Shown here one piece after another: positions 9,915-21,041 of a DNA stretch of 64,000 bases; the stretch's first letter is position 1; every line of letters begins with the position of its first letter. Location of the stretch: the NCBI GenBank assembly GCA_965217035.1, contig OZ244226.1:1780146-1844145 (forward strand). Reading direction: 5' to 3'. Origin of the DNA: Bacteriovoracaceae bacterium (GTDB taxonomy: Bacteria > Bdellovibrionota > Bacteriovoracia > Bacteriovoracales > Bacteriovoracaceae). A program made the translations under genes and the position numbers. The notes below the pieces were generated by a model. It saw nothing but the letters and a program-made list of their open reading frames with translations, ran no database searches and was not told where the DNA came from.

Positions 9915-10706
9915 ATGACAGACGAAACAAATACAGAGGCAACTACGCCTGAAACAGCCGCCACGCCGGCTGCAGATTCGCCAGAGGCGAATCAAGAAAC
10001 AGCCCCTGCTGAGGCTGCAGCGTCAAATGATGAAACTTCAGAGCCAAAAGAGCCAGTATCTAAAACTGTTGCTCTCTCTGAATTTTACGGAAAAAAAGTA
10101 GGGATGACTCGGCTCTTCAACGATGCCGGTCAACACGTTCCTGTAACTGTTATTAAATTGATCCCTAACTTTGTTACCCAAGTAAAAACAACTGAAACTA
10201 AAGACGGCTATAATGCTTATCAAGTCGGTTACGGTGAGAAGAGAGAAAAACTTCTTACAAAGCCAAATAAAGGTCACTTAAAGAAAGCAAAAGTTGCGAC
10301 TAACGTGACTCGTTTCTTTGAAACTAAGCTTACAGACGTTGATGCTTCTAATCTTGGGAAGGAAATTGATTACACTTCTTTTGATACTGAATCTTATGTA
10401 GACATCACTGCTGTTACTAAAGGTAAGGGTTTTCAGGGGGTTATGAAGCGATATGGATTCCGCGGTGGACCTGCTTCTCACGGATCTCACTTCCATAGAA
10501 CTCCTGGTTCAATCGGGAACAGAGCGACTCCTGGTAAAGTTTTCAAATTAAAAAAAATGCCTGGTCACATGGGAGCTAAACAAAGAACTATCCAAAACTT
10601 AAAAGTAGTTGAAGTTAACACAGCTGAAGGCTACATGCTTGTTAAGGGGTCAATTCCTGGTCACAAGAATAGTTTTGTAAAAGTTAAAAAGGCAATTAAG
10701 AAATAA
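9915..10706 (+). CDS. rplC: 50S ribosomal protein L3 with acidic N-terminal extension
   Basis: GKKVGMT, KGKGFQG, KKMPGHMG. GGAGG SD precedes the 9915 ATG. Confidence 0.98.
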   Translation: MTDETNTEATTPETAATPAADSPEANQETAPAEAAASNDETSEPKEPVSKTVALSEFYGKKVGMTRLFNDAGQHVPVTVIKLIPNFVTQVKTTETKDGYNAYQVGYGEKREKLLTKPNKGHLKKAKVATNVTRFFETKLTDVDASNLGKEIDYTSFDTESYVDITAVTKGKGFQGVMKRYGFRGGPASHGSHFHRTPGSIGNRATPGKVFKLKKMPGHMGAKQRTIQNLKVVEVNTAEGYMLVKGSIPGHKNSFVKVKKAIKK

Positions 10707-10717
10707 GGTTGGATGAT

Positions 10718-11335
10718 ATGTCTACAGTAACAATTTATAACAATAAGTTTGATAAGGTTGGCGAAGAAAAAGTCAGCGTTGATTTAAGTACTGAGGTTAT
10801 CTCCACGGCGGCAGTTCACCAAGTTGTGAAGGCCCTTTTGGCTAATCGAAGAGCTGGTACCGCTTCTACTAAGAATAGAAGCCAAGTTCGAGGTGGTGGA
10901 GCAAAGCCTTTTAAGCAAAAAGGAACTGGTAGAGCGAGACAAGGGACAAGCCGATCGCCACATATGCCAGGTGGGGGACGAGCTTTTGGTCCAACTCCAA
11001 GAGACTTTAGTCAAAGAATTAATAAGAAGATGATGCTTAAAGCGATTCAATCAGTTCTTGCTGATAAAAATAATGAAGGTGCTTTGATCGTTGTTGATGA
11101 TTTCAAGTCTGAAGGAAAAACAAAAGAGCTTCACGCAGTACTGACGAAGAAAGATCTTCTTCCTGCACTTTTTGTATCCAATGATACTGACAATAAAGTG
11201 CTTCACGCTGCAGGGAATCTTCAGTGGGGGAAAGGTCTTCCTGTGAAAGGTTTCAGTGTTTATGAAGCTGTTAAATATAAAAACTTAATCATCGAAAAGA
11301 GTGCTCTTGATGCACTCGTCGGAAGGTTGGCATAA
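10718..11335 (+). CDS. rplD: 50S ribosomal protein L4
   Basis: KPFKQKGTGRARQG. ATG start chosen at 10718. Confidence 0.98.
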   Translation: MSTVTIYNNKFDKVGEEKVSVDLSTEVISTAAVHQVVKALLANRRAGTASTKNRSQVRGGGAKPFKQKGTGRARQGTSRSPHMPGGGRAFGPTPRDFSQRINKKMMLKAIQSVLADKNNEGALIVVDDFKSEGKTKELHAVLTKKDLLPALFVSNDTDNKVLHAAGNLQWGKGLPVKGFSVYEAVKYKNLIIEKSALDALVGRLA

Positions 11336-11336
11336 G

Positions 11337-11627
11337 ATGGCTCATTTAAGTGAAGTAATTATTAAACCGGTTTTAACAGAGAAATCTGCAACGCTCACAG
11401 ATGACTTGAATATTTACTGTTTTAAAGTTCTTAAGAGCTCAAATAAAATTGAAATCAAGCAAGCTGTTGAGAAATATTTTGACGTAAAAGTTGAGAAGGT
11501 TAGAACAACAACAAATCCTGGCAAGCTTAGAAGATTTGGAAAGGGTGTTAAGAAAGCTTCTCATTATAAAAAGGCTTACGTGAAAATTGCTGAAGGCCAA
11601 AAAATAGAATTGTTTAAAGGAATATAA
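11337..11627 (+). CDS. rplW: 50S ribosomal protein L23
   Basis: PVLTEKS, KKAYVK. Start at ATG 11337. Confidence 0.97.
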   Translation: MAHLSEVIIKPVLTEKSATLTDDLNIYCFKVLKSSNKIEIKQAVEKYFDVKVEKVRTTTNPGKLRRFGKGVKKASHYKKAYVKIAEGQKIELFKGI

Positions 11628-11637
11628 GGGATAAGAA

Positions 11638-12468
11638 ATGGGAAAGATTAGAAAGTTTAAACCAACTTCTCCTTCTCTTCGTAACATGACAGTTATGACG
11701 AGCGAAGGTCTTTCAAAGGTTAAGCCTCAGAAGGGACTCCTCGAGAAGAAAAATCGAACTGCAGGGAGAAACTCTACGGGTCGTATCACTGTTAGAAGAA
11801 GAGGTGGTGGGGCTAAGAAAAAATACAGAGTAATCGATTTCAAGAGAAATAAACTTGATATTCCTGCAACTGTTGCAACGATCGAATATGATCCGAACAG
11901 AACATGCAATATCGCTCTTCTTAACTATAAAGATGGTGAGAAGAGATACATCATTGCTCCATTAGGACTTAATGTTGGTGATGAAGTTCTTTCTTCTGAT
12001 AAAGCAGATATCAAAGTCGGAAACTCTAAGCTTCTTAAAGATATCCCTGTTGGGACACTTGTTCATAATATCGAGCTTTACCCAAGATCAGGTGGTCAGT
12101 TAGCGAGATCAGCTGGTTCTTACGCTCAGTTAATGGCGAAAGAGGGAAGAGAGGCTCTTCTTAGACTTCCTTCTGGAGAGTTGAGAAAAGTGAAGAACAA
12201 CTGCCGAGCGACTATCGGTCAAGTTGGAAACCTTGAGAAAGAACAAGTTGATATCGGTAAAGCTGGTAAGACACGTCACTTAGGTCGACGACCTAAGGTT
12301 AGAGGTGTTGCTATGAACCCAGTTGATCACCCACATGGTGGTGGTGAAGGTCGTACATCAGGTGGACGTCACCCTTGTACTCCTTGGGGTAAACCAACCA
12401 AGGGTTATAAGACTAGAAAGAATAAGAGAACTGATCAATTTATCGTCAAGCGACGGAATAAGAAATAG
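11638..12468 (+). CDS. rplB: 50S ribosomal protein L2
   Basis: [13 protein letters not shown]. Confidence 0.99.
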   Translation: MGKIRKFKPTSPSLRNMTVMTSEGLSKVKPQKGLLEKKNRTAGRNSTGRITVRRRGGGAKKKYRVIDFKRNKLDIPATVATIEYDPNRTCNIALLNYKDGEKRYIIAPLGLNVGDEVLSSDKADIKVGNSKLLKDIPVGTLVHNIELYPRSGGQLARSAGSYAQLMAKEGREALLRLPSGELRKVKNNCRATIGQVGNLEKEQVDIGKAGKTRHLGRRPKVRGVAMNPVDHPHGGGEGRTSGGRHPCTPWGKPTKGYKTRKNKRTDQFIVKRRNKK

Positions 12469-12477
12469 AGGTAATTG

Positions 12478-12759
12478 ATGGCAAGATCGATTAAAAAAGG
12501 ACCATTTGTTGACTACGGACTTCTAAAGAAAGTCGATGCACTTTCTGATGATGAAAAGTCAAAAGGGAACAAGGTTATTAAAACTTGGTCTCGAAGATCA
12601 ACAATCATCCCTGATTTTATTGGGTTAACTTTTGCAGTTCATAACGGGAAAAAATTTATCCCTGTTTATGTTACTGACAACATGGTTGGGCACAAGCTTG
12701 GAGAGTTTTCTTTAACCAGAAACTACCGAGGCCACGGCGCTGACAAGAAAAAGAAGTAG
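12478..12759 (+). CDS. rpsS: 30S ribosomal protein S19
   Basis: [17 protein letters not shown]. Confidence 0.99.
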   Translation: MARSIKKGPFVDYGLLKKVDALSDDEKSKGNKVIKTWSRRSTIIPDFIGLTFAVHNGKKFIPVYVTDNMVGHKLGEFSLTRNYRGHGADKKKK

Positions 12760-12769
12760 GTAGAAAACT

Positions 12770-13105
12770 ATGGCAATAACAGTACACAATAGAGGAGTTG
12801 GAATCGCACCTAGAAAGGTGAGACTTGTAGCTGATCTTGTAAGAAAGAAAGGAGCTGAAGAAGCGCTTTCAATCTTGAGGTTCCAACCTAAGAAAGAAAT
12901 TGCAATTGTATTAACAAAACTAATCAACAGTGGTCTTGCGATTGCTGATGAGAGTGGGAAGTTCGATCTCGATAACTTAATCATCGATACGATTCAGGTT
13001 AACGAAGGGAAAACTCTTAAGAGAATTCAGCCAAGAGCACAAGGTAGAGCTTTTAGAGTTCGTAAGAGAACGAGTCACGTAACAATTAGCTTAAAAGAGA
13101 AGTAG
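12770..13105 (+). CDS. rplV: 50S ribosomal protein L22
   Basis: PRKVRLVAD, PRAQGRA, KRTSH. Confidence 0.98.
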   Translation: MAITVHNRGVGIAPRKVRLVADLVRKKGAEEALSILRFQPKKEIAIVLTKLINSGLAIADESGKFDLDNLIIDTIQVNEGKTLKRIQPRAQGRAFRVRKRTSHVTISLKEK

Positions 13106-13114
13106 AGGGAATTA

Positions 13115-13744
13115 ATGGGTCAGAAAGTACATCCAAACGGTTTTAGATTAGGTTACATCAAAACTTGGGACTCTAATTGGTATACAAAAGAAAACTATGC
13201 AGAGACTCTTGTTGAGGATCTTAAGATTCGTCAGTACATCGATAAAGAGCTGAAGAATGCTGGGATCTCAAAAACTGAAATCTCTCGTACATCAAACCAA
13301 GTTAAAATCACTGTTTACTCTGCGAAGCCAGGTGTGGCCATCGGTAAAAAGGGTGCAGGGATCGATAAAATCAGGAATGACCTGAAGAAAATTACTGGTC
13401 AGAAGCCAGTTATCTTTAACATTGCTGAAGTGAAAAGACCGGATGCTGATTCGCAAATCATCGCTCAAAATATCGCAGCTCAACTTGAAAAAAGGGTCGC
13501 GTTTAGAAGAGCTATGAAAAAAGTGATGACTTCAGCTTTTAGATCTGGTGTTAAAGGAATCAAGGTTAAATGTGCTGGTCGTCTTGGTGGAGCTGAGATG
13601 GCAAGAACAGAAGGATACTCTGAGAGAAAAGTACCACTTCACACTCTTAGAGCTGATATTGATTACAGCACTGCTGAAGCTCAAACAACTTACGGAATTA
13701 TCGGAGTTAAGGTTTGGGTTTATAAAGGCGAGATTTACAAGTAA
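13115..13744 (+). CDS. rpsC: 30S ribosomal protein S3
   Basis: [18 protein letters not shown]. Confidence 0.99.
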   Translation: MGQKVHPNGFRLGYIKTWDSNWYTKENYAETLVEDLKIRQYIDKELKNAGISKTEISRTSNQVKITVYSAKPGVAIGKKGAGIDKIRNDLKKITGQKPVIFNIAEVKRPDADSQIIAQNIAAQLEKRVAFRRAMKKVMTSAFRSGVKGIKVKCAGRLGGAEMARTEGYSERKVPLHTLRADIDYSTAEAQTTYGIIGVKVWVYKGEIYK

Positions 13745-13763
13745 GTAAAAAAGGAAAATAGAG

Positions 13764-14177
13764 ATGTTAAGTCCTAAAAAAGTAAAATGGAGAAAACAAC
13801 AGAAAGGTCGGATGAAGGGTAAGGCTCTTCGTGGGAATAGCCTCACTTTTGGTGAATTTGGTCTTCAAGCGACAAGTTGTGGATACCTGACAAATAGACA
13901 AATCGAAGCTGCCCGGATTGCGATCTCAAGAAAGACGAAAAGGGGTGGGCGAGTATTTATTAAGGTTTTCCCTGATAAATCACTTACTAAAAAACCAGCT
14001 GAAGTTCGGATGGGTAAAGGTAAAGGTTCTCCAGAGCATTGGGTTGCCGTTGTTAAGCCGGGCCGCGTTATCTTTGAAGTGCAAGGTCTACCAAGAGAAA
14101 TCAGTGAAGCAGCTCTTAGGCTTGCAATGTATAAATTACCGATTAAGACGAAAATAGTACGCAAAGAGGCTCTGTAA
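13764..14177 (+). CDS. rplP: 50S ribosomal protein L16
   Basis: RMGKGKG. Confidence 0.99.
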   Translation: MLSPKKVKWRKQQKGRMKGKALRGNSLTFGEFGLQATSCGYLTNRQIEAARIAISRKTKRGGRVFIKVFPDKSLTKKPAEVRMGKGKGSPEHWVAVVKPGRVIFEVQGLPREISEAALRLAMYKLPIKTKIVRKEAL

Positions 14178-14203
14178 GAGTAGAGAGAGTTAAAGGATAA
14201 ATT

Positions 14204-14401
14204 ATGAAAATGACGGATATTAAGTCACTTACAGCAATTGATGTTGATAACAAAGTTGAGGAACTAAGAAAGGAGCTTTTTGATATGAGAATTGAAAAAG
14301 CTACTTCTGGAATTGAGAAGCCTCACTTGAAAACTCAACACAAAAGAACAATTGCAAGACTTTTAACTCACAAGAATCAATTAAAGAGGAGTGAAGCATA
14401 A
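14204..14401 (+). CDS. rpmC: 50S ribosomal protein L29
   Basis: LRKELFDMR...IARLLT. Position in operon. Confidence 0.95.
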   Translation: MKMTDIKSLTAIDVDNKVEELRKELFDMRIEKATSGIEKPHLKTQHKRTIARLLTHKNQLKRSEA

Positions 14402-14655
14402 TGACAACTGAAACTACGTCGAAATTTAAAAGAAAGTTACAGGGAACTGTTGTTAGTACTCCTGGTGCTAAGAGTATCGTTGTTAAAGTTAACAGAAGGT
14501 TCAAGCACCCAAAATATGAAAAGTTCGTAACAAGATCTAAAAAGTATCATGCTCACGACGAAGACGGTAAAGCTGCTGTTGGAAGTGCGGTAACGATTAT
14601 TGAATCAAGACCGCACTCAAAGCTTAAGCGTTGGGAACTTTTTGCGGTTAATTAA
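14401..14655 (+). CDS. rpsQ: 30S ribosomal protein S17
   Basis: [20 protein letters not shown]. Confidence 0.98.
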   Translation: MTTETTSKFKRKLQGTVVSTPGAKSIVVKVNRRFKHPKYEKFVTRSKKYHAHDEDGKAAVGSAVTIIESRPHSKLKRWELFAVN

Positions 14656-14680
14656 GAAGAAGGTTTAGGAGAAATAAGTC

Positions 14681-15052
14681 ATGATCCAAATGCAAACAAA
14701 ATTAGAAGTTGCAGACAACTCAGGAGCTAAGAAAGTCCAGTGTATTAAAGTTCTTGGTGGTTCTAAAAGAATGTCTGCCAATATCGGTGACGTTATCGTT
14801 GTTGCTGTTAAAGAAGCGATCCCTGGTGGGAAAGTTAAAAAAGGTGATGTTAAGAAAGCGGTTATCGTAAGAACGAAGTATTCCATCGGAAGAGAAGATG
14901 GAACATATATTAAATTCGATAATAACAGTGTTGTTCTCCTTGCAGCTAATAACACTGATCCTATCGGAACTCGTATCTTTGGCCCTGTTGCTAGAGAGCT
15001 TAGAGGAAGAAACTTTACTAAAATTTGCTCACTCGCAAATGAGGTACTTTAA
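14681..15052 (+). CDS. rplN: 50S ribosomal protein L14
   Basis: [21 protein letters not shown]. Confidence 0.99.
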   Translation: MIQMQTKLEVADNSGAKKVQCIKVLGGSKRMSANIGDVIVVAVKEAIPGGKVKKGDVKKAVIVRTKYSIGREDGTYIKFDNNSVVLLAANNTDPIGTRIFGPVARELRGRNFTKICSLANEVL

Positions 15053-15061
15053 GAGGTTATT

Positions 15062-15373
15062 ATGAACAAGCTTAGACTAAATGATGAAGTAGTTGTTATT
15101 GCCGGAAAAGATAAGGGCAAAAAAGGTAAAGTTCTTAAAATTTATGAAAACAAGAAAAGAGTCTTGGTTGAAGGCGTCAACACAGTAAAGAAAGCTATTA
15201 GACCAACTCAAGAAGATCCAACTGGTGGAATAAAAGATGTTGAAGCAACTCTTCACATCAGCAATATTGCTCTTGTTTGCCCTAAAACTGGCGGACCAAC
15301 TCGAGTAAGAATTGAAACAAAAGACGGAAAGAAAATCCGTGTTGCTACCAAAAGCGGTCAAGAGATTAAGTAA
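15062..15373 (+). CDS. rplX: 50S ribosomal protein L24
   Basis: VIAGKDKGKKG, HISN. Confidence 0.98.
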   Translation: MNKLRLNDEVVVIAGKDKGKKGKVLKIYENKKRVLVEGVNTVKKAIRPTQEDPTGGIKDVEATLHISNIALVCPKTGGPTRVRIETKDGKKIRVATKSGQEIK

Positions 15374-15392
15374 GGATAATAAGGAATAAGAA

Positions 15393-15935
15393 ATGGCGAG
15401 ATTAAAAGAGCTCTACAATTCAAAAGTAAAAGGTGAGTTACAGAGCAAATTCACTTACAAAAACATCAATCAAGTTCCAAAGCTTGAGAAGATTGTTGTT
15501 AGTTGTGTAACAAAAGATGTTGTTCAGAATGCAAAAATTGCTGAAAGCATTGCAAGCGATCTTGCTGATATCACAGGTCAGAAAGCTGTTATTGTTAGGG
15601 CAAAGAATTCAATCGCAACGTTTAAGCTAAGAGAAGGTCAGGCACTTGGTGCTTCAGTCACTCTTCGAGGAAAAACGATGTATGAATTCCTTGATAGACT
15701 TATAAACTTCTCCCTTCCACGAGTTAAAGACTTTAGAGGTCTTAAGCCAACGGGTTTTGATGGAAGAGGAAATTATACAATGGGAATGAAAGAGCAAATT
15801 ATCTTCCCTGAAGTTAATTACGATAAAATTGATAAAATTAGAGGTCTTGGAATTTGTTTCGTAACAACTGCGAAAACAAATGATGAAGGTCGTGAACTTC
15901 TTCGGGCGTTTGGAATGCCTTTTAAAAAGAACTAA
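15393..15935 (+). CDS. rplE: 50S ribosomal protein L5
   Basis: LPRVKDFRG, FDGRGNY. Confidence 0.99.
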   Translation: MARLKELYNSKVKGELQSKFTYKNINQVPKLEKIVVSCVTKDVVQNAKIAESIASDLADITGQKAVIVRAKNSIATFKLREGQALGASVTLRGKTMYEFLDRLINFSLPRVKDFRGLKPTGFDGRGNYTMGMKEQIIFPEVNYDKIDKIRGLGICFVTTAKTNDEGRELLRAFGMPFKKN

Positions 15936-15957
15936 TTAAACAAGGATAGATAATACA

Positions 15958-16263
15958 ATGGCAAAAGTTAGTACGATTGTTAAAAACGAGAAAAGAAAAA
16001 AGCTTGCTCAGAAGCAATACAAAAAAAGATTGGAACTCAGAAAAGCTGTAATTGACGAGAGTCTTTCAGATGAAGAGAGAGATGCTGCTGCAGTTAAGCT
16101 TAATAGAATGAATAGAAATGGTTGTATGACTAGAGTAAGAAATAGATGTTACTTAACTGGTCGGAGTCGTGGTTATTACAGAAGGTTTAACCTTTCAAGA
16201 ATCAAGTTTAGAGAATTAGCTCTTCAAGGGCTTATTCCTGGCGTAACTAAGGCCAGCTGGTAA
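15958..16263 (+). CDS. rpsN: 30S ribosomal protein S14, long zinc-independent type
   Basis: 101 aa. [12 protein letters not shown] lacks the CxxC...CxxC zinc motif. Ends in KASW. Confidence 0.98.
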   Translation: MAKVSTIVKNEKRKKLAQKQYKKRLELRKAVIDESLSDEERDAAAVKLNRMNRNGCMTRVRNRCYLTGRSRGYYRRFNLSRIKFRELALQGLIPGVTKASW

Positions 16264-16276
16264 GGAGAGAAAGAAT

Positions 16277-16660
16277 ATGATGACTGATCCTATTTCAGAT
16301 ATGTTAACAAGAATTAGAAACGCTGCGAGAGCGAGTCACTCAAAAGTTGATATCCCTGGAAGTAAAATTAAAGCAAATATTTGTAGAGTTCTGAAAGAAG
16401 AGGGATTTATTAAATCTTTCAAAATTTTAGCAAAATCGCAAAGTGATATTACAATCCGAGTTTATTTGAAGCCAAATGCCATTGTTCAAATTGAAAGAGC
16501 TTCAAGACCGGGTCTAAGAAACTATGCTGGTTACAATAATATCCCAAGAGTCTGTAGTGGTCTTGGTGTATCAGTTCTTTCAACTTCGAAAGGCGTAATT
16601 AGTTCAAGAAAAGCTAGAGAATTAAAGGTAGGGGGAGAGATCCTCTGCAATGTTTGGTAG
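16277..16660 (+). CDS. rpsH: 30S ribosomal protein S8
   Basis: DPISDMLTRIRN, STSKGV. Confidence 0.99.
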   Translation: MMTDPISDMLTRIRNAARASHSKVDIPGSKIKANICRVLKEEGFIKSFKILAKSQSDITIRVYLKPNAIVQIERASRPGLRNYAGYNNIPRVCSGLGVSVLSTSKGVISSRKARELKVGGEILCNVW

Positions 16661-16669
16661 GAGATAACC

Positions 16670-17209
16670 ATGTCAAGAATTGGAAAACGTCCCATTACTG
16701 TTCCAGACAAAGTTAATATTAAAATTGACGGAAAAAATATTAACGTTAAAGGTCCTAATGGAGTCCTAGAATACACAATGAATGAAGAGATTGGTCTTAC
16801 TCAAGAAGGGACTGAACTTAAAGTTGTTGTTGAGAAAGAAACTAAGAACTCAAATGCGCTTTGGGGACTTACAAGAACCTTAGTAGCGAACATGGTTACT
16901 GGTGTAACTGAAGGTTTTAAGAAAGACTTAGAATTTAATGGAGTTGGTTACAAAGCTGCTGTTAAAGGTAAGCAGCTTGTTCTTAACCTTGGTTACTCTC
17001 ACCCGATTGAATATGATCTTCCAGAAGGTGTTGAAGCTAAAGTTCAGAAAAACACAATTAGCATCACTGGCGCTAGTAAAGAACTTGTTGGTTTCACTGC
17101 TGCGAAAATTAGATCGTTTAGACCACCTGAGCCATACAAAGGTAAAGGTGTTAAATACGCTGATGAAACGATTGTTAGAAAAGCTGGTAAGACAGGTGGT
17201 AAAGCATAA
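16670..17209 (+). CDS. rplF: 50S ribosomal protein L6
   Basis: MSRIGK, RPPEPYKGKG. Confidence 0.99.
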   Translation: MSRIGKRPITVPDKVNIKIDGKNINVKGPNGVLEYTMNEEIGLTQEGTELKVVVEKETKNSNALWGLTRTLVANMVTGVTEGFKKDLEFNGVGYKAAVKGKQLVLNLGYSHPIEYDLPEGVEAKVQKNTISITGASKELVGFTAAKIRSFRPPEPYKGKGVKYADETIVRKAGKTGGKA

Positions 17210-17239
17210 AGCCGGTTAATCGAGCTTGAGGATAAAATC

Positions 17240-17617
17240 ATGATTAGAAAGAGTTACAGAAAAATTAAAAACGCTAAAAAACAAAGAGATGCTCGTCGAA
17301 AGCTTGCGATCCGTAAGAAGATCAAGGGAACTGATGTACGACCAAGAGTTTGTGCAATCAAAACAAACAAGCATCTTCAAGTTCAAGTAATTGATGACAA
17401 TGCTCAGAAGACACTTTTCACTGTTCAGACTTTTGGAAAGAACGCAGTTGGAAAAACTTCTAACAAAGAATCTGCAGTACTTGTTGGGAAGGCTGTTGGT
17501 GAGAAGCTTAAAGCGAGCAATGTCACTAACGCTGTATATGATAGAAACGGAAAGCAATACTGTGGTGTAGTGGCGGCACTCGCTGATGGTATCAGAGAAG
17601 CAGGAATTCAACTTTAA
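17240..17617 (+). CDS. rplR: 50S ribosomal protein L18
   Basis: RPR, YDRNG..Y.G, ADGIREAG. Confidence 0.97.
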   Translation: MIRKSYRKIKNAKKQRDARRKLAIRKKIKGTDVRPRVCAIKTNKHLQVQVIDDNAQKTLFTVQTFGKNAVGKTSNKESAVLVGKAVGEKLKASNVTNAVYDRNGKQYCGVVAALADGIREAGIQL

Positions 17618-17629
17618 TAGGGGATATAA

Positions 17630-18175
17630 ATGGCTGAAAAGAAAGCTAGAAAAGACAATAGAAAAGAAAGAACTACTAACGATGATCAACCAGCTGTTGA
17701 GTTAGAAGAAAGGGTTGTTTCAATCAACCGTGTTGCAAAAGTTGTTAAGGGTGGTCGTAGATTTTCTTTTTCTGCTCTTATTATCGTTGGAGATAAGAAC
17801 GGAAAGGTTGGTTTTGGTCTTGGCAAGGCGAAAGAAGTTCCTGATGCGATTAGAAAAGCAAGTCAGGTAGCTGCTAAAAACCTTATTCATGTTCCAGTTG
17901 AGAACGGAACTCTTCCACATACTATCTACGGAGAGTTTGATGCAGGAAAGATCCTCTTCAAGCCAGCTGGAGATGGTACTGGGATTAAGGCTGCAGGGGC
18001 TTGTCGTTCAATCCTGGAGCTTGCAGGTGTTAAAAACGTTCTTACTAAATCACTAAGAGGAAATAACCCTCACAATATTGTTAAGGCGACTTTTGAAGCG
18101 CTTAAAGGTCTTAGATCAATTGAAATGATTGCTAAGGTGAGGAATGTTGAGTCTAAGGGCTTAAGAATAAAGTAG
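17630..18175 (+). CDS. rpsE: 30S ribosomal protein S5
   Basis: [12 protein letters not shown]. Confidence 0.99.
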   Translation: MAEKKARKDNRKERTTNDDQPAVELEERVVSINRVAKVVKGGRRFSFSALIIVGDKNGKVGFGLGKAKEVPDAIRKASQVAAKNLIHVPVENGTLPHTIYGEFDAGKILFKPAGDGTGIKAAGACRSILELAGVKNVLTKSLRGNNPHNIVKATFEALKGLRSIEMIAKVRNVESKGLRIK

Positions 18176-18208
18176 AAACTGAGAATTAAGGAATTTGGAG
18201 AAATAAGA

Positions 18209-18397
18209 ATGGCAGCAGGAACTATCACAATTCGATTAAAGAAAAGTCCGATCACTTGTACGCAAAAGCAGATTGCTACAATAAAAGGTCTTGGATTAAG
18301 AAAAATTGGTCATGAAAGAACTCTTGAGAACACTCCCGCTGTTAGAGGGATGATCAAGAAGATGATTCAATGGTTAGATATCGTTTCAGAACAGTAA
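18209..18397 (+). CDS. rpmD: 50S ribosomal protein L30
   Basis: GLGLRKI, TPAVRGMI. Confidence 0.97.
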   Translation: MAAGTITIRLKKSPITCTQKQIATIKGLGLRKIGHERTLENTPAVRGMIKKMIQWLDIVSEQ

Positions 18398-18417
18398 ATA
18401 TATAGAGGTAATCAATT

Positions 18418-18918
18418 ATGATGACGTTAAATAACTTAAAAAGCCCTGGAGCAACTCGAAAGAGAAAAAGAATCGGTCGTGGACAAGGTTCTGGTCAGGG
18501 AACTCAGGCAGGTAAAGGTCACAAAGGTCAGAAAGCGAGAAGTGGTGGAAGCACTGCTGTCGGTTTCGAGGGTGGTCAGATGCCAATCTATAGAAGACTT
18601 CCTAAAAGAGGTTTCAGCAATGCTGTTTTTAAAATTCATTATGCTGTTATCAACCTTGGAACTCTTCAGGAATATTTCGATGGAACTGAAGTTAACAGAG
18701 AAACTCTTCTTGAAGCAGGTCTCTTAAGCGGAAAAGATAAAAGAAATCCAATTAAGATTCTTGGAAAAGGTGAGTTTACCAAGAAACTTAACTTTTCTGG
18801 TGTTGCAAAGTTTTCAAAAACAGCTCGTGAGCTTATTGAAAAAGCTGGAGGGACAATCACTGAAGTAACTCCAAAGAGACCTGTTATTAAGTTTCAAAAG
18901 AAAGCTGATAGAAAGTAA
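18418..18918 (+). CDS. rplO: 50S ribosomal protein L15
   Basis: GHKGQKARSG, FEGGQMP, RLPKRGF. Confidence 0.99.
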   Translation: MMTLNNLKSPGATRKRKRIGRGQGSGQGTQAGKGHKGQKARSGGSTAVGFEGGQMPIYRRLPKRGFSNAVFKIHYAVINLGTLQEYFDGTEVNRETLLEAGLLSGKDKRNPIKILGKGEFTKKLNFSGVAKFSKTARELIEKAGGTITEVTPKRPVIKFQKKADRK

Positions 18919-18936
18919 TTGAGAAGGATTTTATAA

Positions 18937-20268
18937 ATGGAAAATAACCAAGCCCAAGGAAAAATTGATGAGCTAATTAAAAGAGTCCTTTTTACTCTTT
19001 TTATGCTTGGGGTTTTTCGAGTAGCAACTCAGGTACCTGTTCCTGGAGTTGATGGAGCTGCTCTTCAATCATTTTTTGATCAAGCCAGTAACTCTGCGCT
19101 TGGAATGTTTAACAAGTTTACTGGTGGTGCCCTTGAGCGTTTCTCTGTTCTTGCTCTTGGGGTTATGCCATACATCACATCTTCGATCATTTTCAGCCTT
19201 TTAACGGTTTCATTTCCGTTTTTTGCTGAAGTTCAAAAAGAACCAGATGGACACAAGAAGATCACTCAATGGTCACGTTATGCAACTGTTCTTCTTTGTA
19301 TCTTTCAAGGTTACGGAATTGCAATCATGATGGAGAACCTTAAGAGTCCTTCAGGGCTTCCTATCGTTCTTAATCCAGGTTTAGATTTTAGATTTTTAAC
19401 AATCGTAAGTTTAACGGCTGGAACAATGTTCGTTATGTGGCTAGGGGAGCAAATTACTGAAAGAGGAATCGGAAACGGTATCTCTCTTATCATTTTTGCT
19501 GGTATCGCTGCTGGAATTCCGGCTGGTCTTAGAGACACTTATAATCTCTATCGGTCTGGTGAAATGAGTGGGTTTAACCTTCTTGTTCTTGGAGCAGTTA
19601 TGGTGGCGTCTTTTTGGGTTATCGTTTATATCGAACGGGCCCTCAGAAAGATTACAGTCCAATATGCTAAAAGAACTGTGAATAATAGAGTTTACGGTGG
19701 ACAGGCAGCTCATTTACCAGTGAAAGTAAATATCTCTGGGGTTATGCCTCCGATCTTTGCTTCAGCTCTTCTTGGTTTCCCTGCAACTCTAGCGAGTTTT
19801 ACTCCTGAAAACTGGGGAATTGTTAAGAGGATTGTTGATACTGTTAATGAGTCTTTATTTCCAGGAAGACTTCTTTATGGAGTTGTCTTCTTTGTTTTAA
19901 TTGTTTTCTTTGCTTATTTCTATGCAACAATTCAATTTAAAACGAAAGATATCTCTGAAATGCTTCAAAAAAATGGTGGTTATGTGCCAGGTATTCGCCC
20001 AGGAGCTAAAACAGAAGATTATCTAAACTATGTAGTTTCAAGAGTAACGCTTTTTGGTGGTGTTTATGTAGCACTTGTTTGTCTACTTCCACTTATTCTC
20101 CTTGATATGGCAAAAGTACCTTTTTACTTTGGTGGTACTTCACTTCTTATCTTGGTAGGGGTTGCGATCGATACTTTAGCGCAGGTTCAAGGCTACTTGA
20201 TCTCTGATCGCTATAACAAAATTTATAAAGTCCGCGGGAAATATAGCGGCGCTGCTAGAAGGTTCTAA
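18937..20268 (+). CDS. secY: Preprotein translocase SecY
   Basis: ALGVMPYITSSII, GIGNGISLIIF, GIRPG, GGTSLLI. Confidence 0.99.
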   Translation: MENNQAQGKIDELIKRVLFTLFMLGVFRVATQVPVPGVDGAALQSFFDQASNSALGMFNKFTGGALERFSVLALGVMPYITSSIIFSLLTVSFPFFAEVQKEPDGHKKITQWSRYATVLLCIFQGYGIAIMMENLKSPSGLPIVLNPGLDFRFLTIVSLTAGTMFVMWLGEQITERGIGNGISLIIFAGIAAGIPAGLRDTYNLYRSGEMSGFNLLVLGAVMVASFWVIVYIERALRKITVQYAKRTVNNRVYGGQAAHLPVKVNISGVMPPIFASALLGFPATLASFTPENWGIVKRIVDTVNESLFPGRLLYGVVFFVLIVFFAYFYATIQFKTKDISEMLQKNGGYVPGIRPGAKTEDYLNYVVSRVTLFGGVYVALVCLLPLILLDMAKVPFYFGGTSLLILVGVAIDTLAQVQGYLISDRYNKIYKVRGKYSGAARRF

Positions 20269-20271
20269 AGT

Positions 20272-20901
20272 ATGAAAAACCTTATCTTCATAGGGCCTCC
20301 AGGATGTGGAAAAGGGACTCAGTCCAGCATCTTTAAGGAACAAAAAGGGTACAACCACGTTTCTACTGGAGATCTTTTGAGAACCGAGGTTGCTAAAGGT
20401 ACTGAATTAGGACAAAAGATCAGCGCAGTGATGGAAAGTGGAGAGCTGGTAACGGATGAGTTGGTGACCGAGCTACTGAAAGCCAATATTGACTTATCGA
20501 GTAAACAGTATATATTTGATGGGTTTCCGAGGAACGTCAAGCAAGCAGAAGTCTTAGATGGAATTCTAGATGGAGCTGATTATTCGGTCGTTTTTTTCAA
20601 GGTTGATGTTGAAAGCCTGGTTAAAAGAATTACCAATCGTCGCGTTTCTGAAGATGGAAAACATATCTATAACTTAGTTTCAAATCCTCCTAGAGAAGAA
20701 GGGAAGTGTGATGAGACTGGGCAATTTCTTATTCAGCGTGAAGACGATAAAGAGGAAGTTGTTCGTAAAAGAATGGATGTGTACACCAGAGAAACGGAAC
20801 CGATGATAGATTATTATCGTAATAAAAACGTTCTTGCTGAGGTTGATGCAGATCAAGCAATCGAGAATGTAACAGAGCAGATAAATAACGTTCTTAATTA
20901 A
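20272..20901 (+). CDS. adk: Adenylate kinase
   Basis: [20 protein letters not shown]. Confidence 0.98.
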   Translation: MKNLIFIGPPGCGKGTQSSIFKEQKGYNHVSTGDLLRTEVAKGTELGQKISAVMESGELVTDELVTELLKANIDLSSKQYIFDGFPRNVKQAEVLDGILDGADYSVVFFKVDVESLVKRITNRRVSEDGKHIYNLVSNPPREEGKCDETGQFLIQREDDKEEVVRKRMDVYTRETEPMIDYYRNKNVLAEVDADQAIENVTEQINNVLN

Positions 20902-20914
20902 TGAGGATAAGAAT

Positions 20915-21031
20915 ATGAAAGTTAGAGCATCAGTGAAGAAAATTTGTAAGGACTGTAAAGTTGTTAAAAGAAAAGGTGTCCTTAGAGTAATTTGTAAGAA
21001 AAACCCAAGACATAAGCAAAGACAGGGCTAG
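20915..21031 (+). CDS. rpmJ: 50S ribosomal protein L36 (absent from the ORF track)
   Basis: Translates to [38 protein letters not shown], with a GAGG SD. Confidence 0.98.
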   Translation: MKVRASVKKICKDCKVVKRKGVLRVICKKNPRHKQRQG

Positions 21032-21041
21032 GAGATAAACT

